In this document: piece by piece, positions 17,355-27,940 of the stretch
Numbering within the stretch: position 1 is the first letter of the stretch
Layout of the letters: the number at the start of each line of letters is the position of its first letter
Assembly: GCA_038215615.1 (NCBI GenBank)
Contig: JBBQQR010000025.1
Coordinates: 1-27,940, forward strand
Direction: 5' to 3'
Origin: Vulcanimicrobiales bacterium
Lineage (GTDB): Bacteria > Vulcanimicrobiota > Vulcanimicrobiia > Vulcanimicrobiales > Vulcanimicrobiaceae
DNA length: 27,940 bases
Notes under the pieces: model-generated
Told to the model about the DNA's origin: nothing
Seen by the model: the letters and a program-made list of their open reading frames with translations, nothing else
The model's database searches: none
Made by a program: the position numbers and the translations under genes

Positions 17355-18461
17355 ATGCGCATCCTGCTCCTGGCGCAATCGTATCGACCGGCTCAGGGCG
17401 GCGGACCGCGATGGACGACGGAGTTGGCCGAGGGTCTCTCCCGCGCGGGAAACGACGTGCTGGTGCTCACGCACGAAATCGACGGCCGTCGCGGCATCGT
17501 TGCCGATTCCCCTCGTTTGGAGATCCGCTATCTTCCGCTGTTCACGGTCCGGGGCGCGCCAATCTTTTCGCGATCGCTGCTTGACGAACACGCCGCGCGG
17601 TTCAAGCCCGACGTGATACAAACTAGCGCGCCGAGCCTCGCGGACACGCTGATGCCGCCCTCAAACCGCTACGGCGCGCCGTACTTCACGCTCTTCCACG
17701 CGCAATTGGGCGCGTCGGTTCCCGCGCGCGCGATACAATGGCTCAACGTCCGGCGTTTGAAGCGCGGCGAGTGGACGGGGATTGCCGTGACGAGCGGCTA
17801 CTGGAAAACGTGGCTCGAGCAAAAAGGCATCGAATCCGGCCGCATCGCGGTCATTTCGTCTACGGTTGCCGAGATATTTAACGAACCTTTACCGGGCGCG
17901 CGAAGAGAGCCCAACCATTTTCTGTTCGTGGGCGGTCTCGACGCCGTGCAAAGTTACAAGCGTTTCGATTTGCTGTTGGCGGCATGCGCGATGCTCGACC
18001 GCGAATTGCCGTGGCATGTAACGGTCGTGGGTGACGGAAATCTGCGCTCGCAATTTGAACGCGCAGCCGCAGACGCCGGATTGAGCAAACGGATCTCTTT
18101 TCTCGGAAAGATCGATGACGCAGAGCTGCACCGGCTCTACTCGACAACAACGGTTACAGTGCTCTCTTCTTCCGATCGTCGCGAAGGCTGGGGCCTCGCG
18201 TTGGCCGAGGCGCTTTGCTGCGGTAGTCCGGTCTTGTTCACCGACGGGATCGGCGGCACGGGCACGTTTGCGCGCGCGCCGGGCGCCATGATGGTTCGCG
18301 CGGGGAGCGCGGAAGCGATCCGCGACGGACTGCGCGCGTTCTTGCTGCGGCCTCCCGATGGGCGAGACGCCGACCGCGTTGCGTTCGGCGCGTCGTTCCA
18401 CGCTTCGCGAGTCGTCTCGGCATACGAGGCGATGTACGCGCGCGCGCTAGTGCTGCGCTAG
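17355..18461 (+). CDS. GT4-family glycosyltransferase (~368 aa)
   Basis: MRILLLAQSYRPAQGGG, FVGGLD..QSYKRFDLLL, EGWGLALAEAL (E-x7-E). GGAG RBS upstream. Confidence 0.92.
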   Translation: MRILLLAQSYRPAQGGGPRWTTELAEGLSRAGNDVLVLTHEIDGRRGIVADSPRLEIRYLPLFTVRGAPIFSRSLLDEHAARFKPDVIQTSAPSLADTLMPPSNRYGAPYFTLFHAQLGASVPARAIQWLNVRRLKRGEWTGIAVTSGYWKTWLEQKGIESGRIAVISSTVAEIFNEPLPGARREPNHFLFVGGLDAVQSYKRFDLLLAACAMLDRELPWHVTVVGDGNLRSQFERAAADAGLSKRISFLGKIDDAELHRLYSTTTVTVLSSSDRREGWGLALAEALCCGSPVLFTDGIGGTGTFARAPGAMMVRAGSAEAIRDGLRAFLLRPPDGRDADRVAFGASFHASRVVSAYEAMYARALVLR

Positions 18462-21092
18462 ACCTCCGAAAAGCGAGAACGTTCCAGTTCCGCCATCGAC
18501 GATCGAAACGGACGCGCCGTTGTTGGGAGCCAATCCGAAGAAGCCGAAGCCGCCCAGCGGCGGAGTAAAGCTCGTCGAGCCGTTCACCGCCAGCGTTATC
18601 GCCGACGCTACGCCGGTGAGTACGCGGTTATGCCCGAACTGATCCGCGTACGTCGCGCGTGTGTTCAACGTGCCCAAATTGAATTGCGAGTTTGGCGGCG
18701 AGATCTGCTGTGAATTCGTCGCGATCGCAACTGCGAAGTCGCCCATTAGCGCGCCGGCGCCTTCGTTCCCGGCGTTTACTTGCAAGTTCGCGAACCTGGT
18801 CTGCTGGCTGGTCTCCATGCCTTGCGTATATGTGTCGCCGCCGAAGCGGTCGCGCATGTAGCGCTGGAAGAGATACGCCGATCCGTAGCAGCCGCCGCCG
18901 CAGTTATATTTCGGCGTCGAACCGTTGCCGCCCCAACTCGATGGATCGATCCCGATGAACCCGGAGATGCTATAGTTTTGCGGCGACGAGAGATATTGCT
19001 GCGCGTGCGACATCGCATCGGCCACGTCGAACGCTTGCGTGGGATGCAGCGCGTTGACAGCCAAGTCTTGCGACAGCATCGAGAGCCCTTCGTTGATGAA
19101 CGGATCTTCGGAGCCGTTGAACGAGTACGTGTTTGCTGCCGACGGCAGAATCGAGTGGTTCACGAAGTTGATCAAATGCTGCAGTTCGTGAGCCGTGCTG
19201 CGTACGAGATCTTCCTGAAGATCGTAATTCGCGCCGTTGGCCGGGAACCAGCCGCAGTAGATGAACGGCGCCTCGTTCGACATCGGTGTCGGATTGCCGG
19301 GGCTTGGATGCGAGATGAAATAGTTCCAGATCTCCTGCGGCGTGTAATTGATGCTTGAGAAATAACCGCCGACGCCGCTGCCCAGACTGGCCGTATCCAG
19401 AATCTCGAGATTGATGCGCCTGTCGGTGGGCTCGAAGCCGTACTGGTTGTCGGTGTGGCCGGTAAAATTGCCGCTTGAATCATACGCGCTATACTGCAGC
19501 GTCACGCCCGGAGCATTGTTGGCGTAGTCGAAGCCCGCAAAGTGCGTCGTATCCGACGTCACGGAATTCTCGAGGTCAGCGCCGATTTGCGCGACGGTCG
19601 TTGCAAGCGTCGCGCCTTGGAACGAGGCGTCGCTCGTGAGCAGCGCGTTGGCGACCCAGACATTGCCGTGCACGCTTTGAAATTCCAGGGTCGAGGGCAC
19701 TTGAATATACGTGCCGCTCGATCCGATATTGAATTTCGCAACCCAAATGTTCGCGGTCGCTCCCACGACCGGGTTCGTTCCGATCGTGCTCGTTTGCGGG
19801 CGGGTTGCCGGGCCCGACGTACCGGGCGGCAAGAGGCGCCGCAGCTGCTCGGTCTGGAGTTCCGTATCGGGTCCGTCGACCGGGCTGCGGTGTTCCCCGC
19901 CGCCTTCGACCGCAGCGTGCATGGCAATTGTCGTTTGTGGCACGACCGACTGCGCCGTCGTTCCCGATCCGATCGTGAGCGAGCCCAAGGTCATCGTTCC
20001 GTTCTGGCCGTTGCTGGTTTGATCGGCCGCTTCGGAGATTGCGACGCCCAGAACGCTCGACATATTGGTGCCGAGCGTATCGGTCACTTTGAGCGCGGTC
20101 AACTGGCGCATAAATCCGGCCGGAACTGCGGCTGGAAGCAGCGGTGTCGTAAAGATCGCGCTTGACGAAGAGATGACATAGAGGGCCGTCGCATTCGCGG
20201 TAACCGAGACTCCGGCGCCGCCGCTCGATGCCCAGCCCGGATTATCCAAATCATAATAGTAGATCGGCGTTCCCGAACCGCTGGGCGGGTAGCCGAGCGC
20301 GAAGATTCCGCCGACCGACGGCGCGATCGCCGCCGCCGCTCCGGGGAATTGGATGTAGCTGCCGTTGCCGGGCGTATAAAAGATCAGTCCGCTCGAATTC
20401 ACCACGTAAAGGCCGCCCGGCTGGATCGTTCCGCCGGGAACCTCGTGCGTACCGACATCGAAAGACGCCGAGATATGAACGCCGGAGCCGGGAATCTGCG
20501 TCCATCCGGTCGTGTAGTGCCAGATCGCTTGGTCATTTCCGGCAGTGGCACCGTTGGAGAGCACGTAGAGCGAGTTGTCGGAGGCGGCCGCGATGTCGCT
20601 CACGCCGCCGCCCAAAGCCGTCCACGTTCCGCTCACGTAATGATACGCGCCGCCCGTGGAATTACTCGCGTAGAGCGAACCGTCGGGCGCTGCGCTGATG
20701 TGATTGGCGAGCCCGCTGATATTCGTCCACGTACCGCCCGCGTAGTGCCAGATATATTTGTCCGCGCCGGCCGGCGCGTTCGATAGCACCCAGAGCGACC
20801 CGTCCGCGGCCGCCGACGCGACCGTCGCCGAGCCCGGCACTTGCGAATAACTGACGCCCTGGATAGCGCTCATCGGTTTGACGCCGGACGACGCCGGCGA
20901 CTGCATCGCGCTCGACGGTAAGATGACGGTCTGCGCCATGGGCGGTGGAACGATCGAACCAGGGGAGACGGACTGCGGCATCGTCGTCATCTGCGCCGGC
21001 AAGAGCGAACCTCCACCGCCATGTGAGGAACACCCCGCTGCGAAAAACGCAAAAAAGAGCGACAAAAGAATAAGACGCGGACGGTTTGCCAT
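18447..21092 (-). CDS. Lipoprotein with tectonin-like beta-propeller repeats and an M30-like zinc metallopeptidase domain (~881 aa)
   Basis: Lipobox FAAGC and an S/P/T-rich linker; repeats of type W.QxPG....xSAAxDGSLWVL; GGYFS...STAHELQHLINF...FINEGLS...YGSAYLF..Y gluzincin motifs. GGAG RBS before ATG 21092. Confidence 0.75.
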   Translation of the reverse strand: MANRPRLILLSLFFAFFAAGCSSHGGGGSLLPAQMTTMPQSVSPGSIVPPPMAQTVILPSSAMQSPASSGVKPMSAIQGVSYSQVPGSATVASAAADGSLWVLSNAPAGADKYIWHYAGGTWTNISGLANHISAAPDGSLYASNSTGGAYHYVSGTWTALGGGVSDIAAASDNSLYVLSNGATAGNDQAIWHYTTGWTQIPGSGVHISASFDVGTHEVPGGTIQPGGLYVVNSSGLIFYTPGNGSYIQFPGAAAAIAPSVGGIFALGYPPSGSGTPIYYYDLDNPGWASSGGAGVSVTANATALYVISSSSAIFTTPLLPAAVPAGFMRQLTALKVTDTLGTNMSSVLGVAISEAADQTSNGQNGTMTLGSLTIGSGTTAQSVVPQTTIAMHAAVEGGGEHRSPVDGPDTELQTEQLRRLLPPGTSGPATRPQTSTIGTNPVVGATANIWVAKFNIGSSGTYIQVPSTLEFQSVHGNVWVANALLTSDASFQGATLATTVAQIGADLENSVTSDTTHFAGFDYANNAPGVTLQYSAYDSSGNFTGHTDNQYGFEPTDRRINLEILDTASLGSGVGGYFSSINYTPQEIWNYFISHPSPGNPTPMSNEAPFIYCGWFPANGANYDLQEDLVRSTAHELQHLINFVNHSILPSAANTYSFNGSEDPFINEGLSMLSQDLAVNALHPTQAFDVADAMSHAQQYLSSPQNYSISGFIGIDPSSWGGNGSTPKYNCGGGCYGSAYLFQRYMRDRFGGDTYTQGMETSQQTRFANLQVNAGNEGAGALMGDFAVAIATNSQQISPPNSQFNLGTLNTRATYADQFGHNRVLTGVASAITLAVNGSTSFTPPLGGFGFFGLAPNNGASVSIVDGGTGTFSLFGGLAQH

Positions 21093-21148
21093 GAACGACT
21101 CCAAGCGACGGAAGGTAACAGTTGAATTCTTCGCGGTGGCGGAAGGGC

Positions 21149-22492
21149 CTAGCCGACTTTTATTAAGACCGCGTCACCCTGTCCGCCGCCGCTGCAAATC
21201 GCGGCTATGCCGTATCCGCCGCCGCGTTTGCGCAGCTGGTTGATGACCGTACCGATGATCCGCGCGCCCGACGCACCGATCGGGTGTCCCATCGCGACGG
21301 CCCCGCCGAGCAGATTGATCTTCTCCGGATCGATGCCCAAGCGCCGGGCCGACGTGAGCGCGACTGCCGAAAACGCTTCGTTGATCTCCCAAACGTCGAT
21401 CTGATTTTTGCGCAGCCCGGTTTTGGCCAGCAATTTTTGCGCAGCCATAGCCGGTGTAAGCGCGATGTACGGCGAGTCCCACGCAACCGTTGCGTGATCC
21501 AGAATCCGGGCCATGATCTCGCGGCGGTTGGACTGCGCGTAGCTCTCGTCGGCTACGATCAACGCAGCGGCGCCGTCGTTGACGCCCGGCGCGTTGCCCG
21601 CGGTGATCGTTCCGTCTTTGTCGATCGGCCGCAGCTTTGCCATCGTCTCAAGACTTGCATCGGCGCGCACCGCTTCGTCGCGGTCTAGTGTGGTGCTCGG
21701 AACGTCACCGATGACGAACGGCGCCCACTGCCCGTAGTTCAATGAAAATTCTTCCGACGGTTTGTGATCCCAAACGGCGTCGGCCGCGCCGTTGGACGAA
21801 CCGGCCGCAACCGGCACACGCGCGCGCGCCGGCTCGGGAAGTTTGTCGACGACAATCTTGCCTTTGGCTTTGGTTGCGATTCGCAGCGGAACGATTTCGG
21901 CCGCGAGGTCACCCTTTTCTTGCGCTTGCATAGCGCGACGGTGGCTTTCGTACGCGTAGCGATCTTGCTCTTCGCGCGAGACGCCCAATTCGTTTGCGAC
22001 CTTCGCGCCTTGCGCCGCCATCGTCATCGGAAAATAGTAATCCCAGAGCCCGTCGTGGATCATCGCGTCGATCAGGCGGCCGTCGCCGAAGCGGTAACCG
22101 CCGCGCGCGTCCTTTAAAAGGTAAGGCGCATTCGACATCGACTCCATGCCCCCGGCGGCCACGACGGCGTTGCTGCCGTCGTTGATCAGCCGCGCCGCGT
22201 TCACGGCGGCGAGCAATCCGGAAGCGCAGACTTTGTTGACCGTCTCCGCGGTCACCGTTTTTGCCAAGCCGCTTTTAAAGCCGACTTGCCGTGCCGGATT
22301 TTGTCCGGCCCCCGCTTGCAGGACGTGACCGAAGATCACGTGCTCGACATCGGCCGGATCGATTCCCGACCGCTCGATCGCCGCCACGAGTGCGGCCGCG
22401 CCCAGCGTCGTGGCTTCAAGAGGAGCGAGCGAACCGCTCAACCGCCCGAAGGGAGTGCGCGCCAGCCCAAGGACAACGGCTTTAGAGTTCAT
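21149..22492 (-). CDS. Acetyl-CoA C-acetyltransferase (thiolase), 447 aa with an internal insertion
   Basis: ARTPFG, NKVCASG, GGMESMS, GNAPGVNDGAAA, EINEAF, GHPIGASGARI, ICSGGGQG. Start revised to ATG 22492. Confidence 0.95.
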   Translation of the reverse strand: MNSKAVVLGLARTPFGRLSGSLAPLEATTLGAAALVAAIERSGIDPADVEHVIFGHVLQAGAGQNPARQVGFKSGLAKTVTAETVNKVCASGLLAAVNAARLINDGSNAVVAAGGMESMSNAPYLLKDARGGYRFGDGRLIDAMIHDGLWDYYFPMTMAAQGAKVANELGVSREEQDRYAYESHRRAMQAQEKGDLAAEIVPLRIATKAKGKIVVDKLPEPARARVPVAAGSSNGAADAVWDHKPSEEFSLNYGQWAPFVIGDVPSTTLDRDEAVRADASLETMAKLRPIDKDGTITAGNAPGVNDGAAALIVADESYAQSNRREIMARILDHATVAWDSPYIALTPAMAAQKLLAKTGLRKNQIDVWEINEAFSAVALTSARRLGIDPEKINLLGGAVAMGHPIGASGARIIGTVINQLRKRGGGYGIAAICSGGGQGDAVLIKVG

Positions 22493-22494
22493 GA

Positions 22495-23403
22495 CTACCG
22501 GATTCGCGCAGGCTCCGAACCCGTCCCTCGCGGCTGCGTGCAGACGACGCGCTCCTCGGGCGCGCAGCTTTCGCACTCGAATTGCAACGTGACGTGCGTG
22601 ATGCCGAAGCGCGCGCGGACCAGCGCGTCGATCTCGCGCGCGATCGCGGTTGCCTCGCTCACCCGGCGGTCGTCGACCAGCACGTGCGCGGAAAGCGCGC
22701 GGTCGCCCGTTCCGATCGTCCAAACGTGCAGATCGTGCACGGCAACGATGCCGGCCAGCGGCGCGAGCGTCGCGTGCACCTCATCGAGCGTCATCCCGCG
22801 CGGGGTGGACTCGAGCAGCACGTCGGTCGCGTCGCGCAGAATGCGCAGTACGCCCGCGACAATAATCGCGGCGACGAAAATCGAGAGCGCCGGGTCGATC
22901 CAAGAGATTCCTGTGGCTGCGATCGCGATTCCGCCCGCGATAACGGCGAACGCGCCCAGCGCATCACCCGCGACGTGGTAGATTGCCGCCTGCACGTTCA
23001 TATTTGCGTGCCGGTCGCGCAAGAGCAGCAGCGCGACGCCGGCGTTCACGATGAGGCCGAAGCCGGCGACGGCGCTCATCAGTGCGCCTTGCGGATGATA
23101 CGGTGCGTAAAAACGGCCGATCGCTTCGTAGAGAATAAAAAACGTTGCCGCCAGCAGCAGCGTGCCGTTGGCCAGCGCGCCTAATACCTCCAAGCGCCCG
23201 TACCCGAACGTCTTGTGAACGTTGGCGGGGCGCTGCGCGCCGGCCAGCGTAGCCAGCGCGATTGCGAGCGCAAAGACGTCCATGCAGACGTGCACGGCAT
23301 CGGCGAGCAGCGCGAGGCTCCCCGCGCGCATGCCGCCCCAGAATTCTACTCCGGCAACGATCGCGACCAGAATCAGCGCGAGGGTAAGCCGCCGGCGCGG
23401 CAC
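22495..23403 (-). CDS. Cation diffusion facilitator transporter, CzcD/ZitB-like (~302 aa)
   Basis: SLALLADAVHVCMD, TFGYGRLEVLGALANG, YHVAGDALG (two HxxxD sites), VHDLHVWTI, HVTLQFE. GTG start at 23403. Confidence 0.92.
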   Translation of the reverse strand: MPRRRLTLALILVAIVAGVEFWGGMRAGSLALLADAVHVCMDVFALAIALATLAGAQRPANVHKTFGYGRLEVLGALANGTLLLAATFFILYEAIGRFYAPYHPQGALMSAVAGFGLIVNAGVALLLLRDRHANMNVQAAIYHVAGDALGAFAVIAGGIAIAATGISWIDPALSIFVAAIIVAGVLRILRDATDVLLESTPRGMTLDEVHATLAPLAGIVAVHDLHVWTIGTGDRALSAHVLVDDRRVSEATAIAREIDALVRARFGITHVTLQFECESCAPEERVVCTQPRGTGSEPARIR

Positions 23404-23405
23404 GG

Positions 23406-23993
23406 CTAGATCAGGAACGCTTTCACGGCGAGCGCGGCCAGCATAACGCCGAACGTGATGAACGTCTTGCTTTCGGCTTGCGCGATTACGCCGGCCCTCC
23501 ACGCGCCTTGCTGCAGCTCGGTCGCCTCCAGCTGCGGCACGATCGGCGGAACGGCTTCGCAATACCGCACGAACGCCTCGCCGAAGCGTACGCGCAAAAA
23601 ATTTTCTTCGTGCGGAATGATGATCGCGTACACGGCAGCCATTGCTCCCAAGCATCCGGCGATCAGCGCAATCTTGGCCGCGGGCGAGTTTCCGCCGGTA
23701 AAGGCGATCGCAAAACCCGCCGCCGTCACGAAGTTCCCAACGTAAAGCGGATTGCGGACGAACGCGTACGGACCGGCGGTGACGAGTTCCGGCGCGGTAA
23801 CGGCGTTTCCGCGGGTCGTGACGCCCGAATAGCCGACGGCCCAAATACGGAGCAGCTCGCCCGCAAAGGCGAGCGGCAAGCCCAGCGTCACCCCAAAGGC
23901 ATCGGGTTTTCCGAAGATCAGCAGCAGCAGCGCGGGAACTGCGAGCGCGGCGCCGCGATTCTTAAAGACGAGCGCTTCGAGCTCGGCGCTCAT
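23406..23993 (-). CDS. Isoprenylcysteine carboxylmethyltransferase/PEMT-family membrane methyltransferase (195 aa)
   Basis: GELLRIWAVGY, LVTAGPYAFVRNPLYVGN, HEENFLRVRFGEAF..YC..VP. Confidence 0.9.
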   Translation of the reverse strand: MSAELEALVFKNRGAALAVPALLLLIFGKPDAFGVTLGLPLAFAGELLRIWAVGYSGVTTRGNAVTAPELVTAGPYAFVRNPLYVGNFVTAAGFAIAFTGGNSPAAKIALIAGCLGAMAAVYAIIIPHEENFLRVRFGEAFVRYCEAVPPIVPQLEATELQQGAWRAGVIAQAESKTFITFGVMLAALAVKAFLI

Positions 23994-24928
23994 TGTGTCG
24001 TTTGGAGATGCTCTGCAACCGCGGCCTCAAAAATCTCGCGCAGCGAACGCCCGAGCGGAATCTTCGGCGCCCAGCCGAGCGCGCAGAGTTTTGCGTTGTC
24101 GCCGTAAAACGTCTTGAGATCCGCGCGGCGCATCCTAGTCGGATCTTCGCGCACTTCGATCGGTATGTCAGCAATCTGTATGAGCAAACGCAGAATGTCT
24201 TGGATCCGCATCGGCACGCCGCTGCAGACGTTGTAGATTTCGCCCGGATCGCCGTTTTCTGCAAGGGCGATATACGCTTCGACGACGTCGCGCACGTCGA
24301 GAAAATCTCGTTCGGTCGTGAGATCGCCCACATACATGACGGGCTTCTCTGCGCCGGTCTTGATTCGCGCCAGCTGCTTGGCGAATGAAGGCACGACGAA
24401 GTCTGCGCTCTGTCCGGGTCCGATATGATTGAACGAGCGAGCGATCAAAACCGGAAGCCGGTACGAGCACCACGAGGCCATGCCGGCGCACTCTGCCGCT
24501 GCTTTACTCGCTCCGTACGGATCGACGGGCGAGATCTCGTAGTTTTCGTTCAGCGGATTCTTCGACTCCGCGACGCGCCCATAGACAGACGCGGATCCCG
24601 CCAAAACGATACGCGGAAAATTTGCGGCCCGTGATGTGCGCACGGCCTCCAGCAGGCGAACCGTTCCCATCGCGTTGATCTCGAAAGCTTCCAGCGGCCG
24701 CTCCACGGCGCGCGGAACGAACGCCTGGCCCGCCAGATGAAAGATGACGTCGGGCCTCGCCGCATCGACCGCGTGCCGGATGGTCTCCATGTCGAGCACG
24801 TCGACGCGCAGGCCGTCGCCGCTCGCGGACGGGCCGGCCGCCTCGATAACCTCGTAGTCGCGCTCGTTCAGCGCGCGGATGAGATACTTGCCGACGAATC
24901 CGTCGGCGCCGGTTACCAGCGCGCGCAA
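23990..24928 (-). CDS. rmd: Extended SDR, probable GDP-6-deoxy-D-lyxo-4-hexulose reductase (GDP-D-rhamnose synthase)
   Basis: GADGFVG, FHLAGQAFV, SASVYG, YGASK, RSFNHIGPGQ..FVVPSFAKQ, RDFLDVRDVV. It lies directly downstream of gmd. Confidence 0.8.
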   Translation of the reverse strand: MRALVTGADGFVGKYLIRALNERDYEVIEAAGPSASGDGLRVDVLDMETIRHAVDAARPDVIFHLAGQAFVPRAVERPLEAFEINAMGTVRLLEAVRTSRAANFPRIVLAGSASVYGRVAESKNPLNENYEISPVDPYGASKAAAECAGMASWCSYRLPVLIARSFNHIGPGQSADFVVPSFAKQLARIKTGAEKPVMYVGDLTTERDFLDVRDVVEAYIALAENGDPGEIYNVCSGVPMRIQDILRLLIQIADIPIEVREDPTRMRRADLKTFYGDNAKLCALGWAPKIPLGRSLREIFEAAVAEHLQTTQ

Positions 24929-24932
24929 AGTT

Positions 24933-26655
<1,723 letters not shown>

Positions 26656-26659
<4 letters not shown>

Positions 26660-27939
26660 GACAACAACTCTTCGAACGGATTCCAATACTCCGGCGCGCG
26701 CTCGAAGACGCCGTCGAAACCTCTTCCGCCGCCGGGCGATCGCTTGACGTCGGCAAAAACGCCGGCTTCGATCGACGCCATCAATCCTCGCGCCGCCACG
26801 CGCTCGAGCAAGACCTCACATTCGCTCAAGACATCGGCAGCGCGCCGCTCGATCCGGCCGCCGGGTTTGGGAACGACGTCGTCGCCGAAATGCCGAGCCG
26901 TGCGCATGATGTAGCGCGCGTTTTCGAGCGAGAGCGCACGGTCGCCCAGAAAGGGCGTGTGGATCGCCTCGGTCAGGATGCCGCAGAGATGAATCGTCTG
27001 TCCGGTCATCACCGAAGTAAGGTTGAACATCGCATCGATCAGATGTCCTTTGAAAATATCGCCGGTCATGTGTTTGGTGGGCGGCATATATTTGAGCGGC
27101 GAGTCGGGAAAGATCTGGCGCGCCAGTTGGGCCTGAGCGACTTCGAACAAAAAGCCGTCTTCCAGGTTCGGATCGATTTCGTAAGCGTCGCCCAAGCCGA
27201 TCTGCCGGTCGGGCATGCCCGCGCGGTGCGCGAGTTCTTCGTTGATGAACTGAGAGGCGAGCACCGCGGGCGCCTGTTCGACCGCATCGGCCGTCGTGAG
27301 ATAGTTGTCTTCTCCGGTGTTGATGATAATGCCCGACGCCGCGTTTAGTTTGCGGCTGAAATGCTGGTCGACAAACGTGCGCTTCATGTTGATGTCGCGG
27401 AACAATATGCCGTACATCGAATCGTTGAGCAGCATGTCGAGCCGTTCCAGTGCGGCCATTGCGGCGATCTCCGGCATGCACAATCCGCTAGCATAATTCG
27501 TAAGCATCACGTAACGGCCCAGACGCTGTGAAGCTTCATCGAGTGCCTCGCGTATGATCGCGAAATTCGCCTGCGTCGCATACGTGCCGCCGAAACCCTC
27601 GGTCGTCGGGCCGTAAGGGACGTAATCCAATAACGACTGTCCCGTTGAACGGATCACGGCGATGATCTGCGCGCCCGCTTCGGCCGCGGCCACGGCAGCC
27701 GTGCGATCCTCATAAATGTTTCCGGTCGCGACGATCATGTAGAGCAGCGGGGGCGGCAGCTGCGGAAACCGCCGGAGCAGATCGCTGCGCTCGGTGCGCC
27801 GAGCGCGGATGCGATCCAACCCCTTGCGTGCGTGCGCTGTCACTAGGTTGCGCGCGCTGTCGGGTGCCACGACGCTGAAGGGAGCGAGCTTCACTTTGCC
27901 GATTGCGATCTGCTCGCCGAGTTCCCGCGGCTCGAGCGA
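26656..27939 (-). CDS. kamD: D-lysine/beta-lysine 5,6-aminomutase alpha subunit, 5' truncated by the window edge
   Basis: YMIVATGNIYED, IAVIRSTGQSLLDYVPYGPTTEGFGGTYATQ, NYASGLCMPEIA, INTGEDNY, KYMPPTKHMTG. The frame stays open to the window end. Confidence 0.95.
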
Positions 27940-27940
27940 C

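Noticed and set aside
21690..21850. Thiolase insertion as an intein or intron
   Set aside because: It is too short, lacks C/S...HN splice motifs, and keeps the frame open with normal codon style.
23990..24928. Second gmd copy or GDP-fucose synthase (fcl)
   Set aside because: It lacks the Gmd GQDG/NHESP motifs and the Fcl-type signatures. The FNHIGPGQ...FAKQ pattern fits Rmd-like reductases.

Overview
A GC-rich bacterial chromosomal window from a diderm organism. Its gene style most resembles Ca. Eremiobacterota/Vulcanimicrobiota, but this is an inference and not confirmed. From left to right it contains: (1) the 5' end of lexA, divergent from a YneA/ChiZ-like TM+LysM gene, with three Gram-positive-type SOS boxes (CGAAC-N4-GTTCG) between them; (2) a REP-like repeat, a mazEF-type toxin-antitoxin pair, a Uma2 nuclease and a small CxxC protein; (3) a 1374-aa TonB-dependent receptor-like protein with 22 Cys arranged in 11 local pairs; (4) sucCD; (5) a surface-glycan locus with a DPM1-like GT2, a 1218-aa GT-C-like membrane protein, three GT4s, a Cys-rich GT9 and a SAM methyltransferase; (6) a lipoprotein fusing tectonin-like repeats to an HEXXH (M30-like) peptidase; (7) a tightly coupled minus-strand operon kamD-kamE-gmd-rmd-ICMT-type methyltransferase-CDF transporter-thiolase. 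The best candidate for a new system is a polyprenol-phosphate/GT-C pathway making an O-methylated (D-rhamnose/mannose) surface glycan, beside a tectonin-lectin protease that could read such a glycan. Other notable signals are a recurring sigmaH-like AGG-N17/19-GAA motif upstream of six genes, a ~50-aa thiolase insertion, and a Gly-to-Cys change in the Gmd GxxGxxG motif. No rRNA, tRNA, CRISPR array or transposase was seen.
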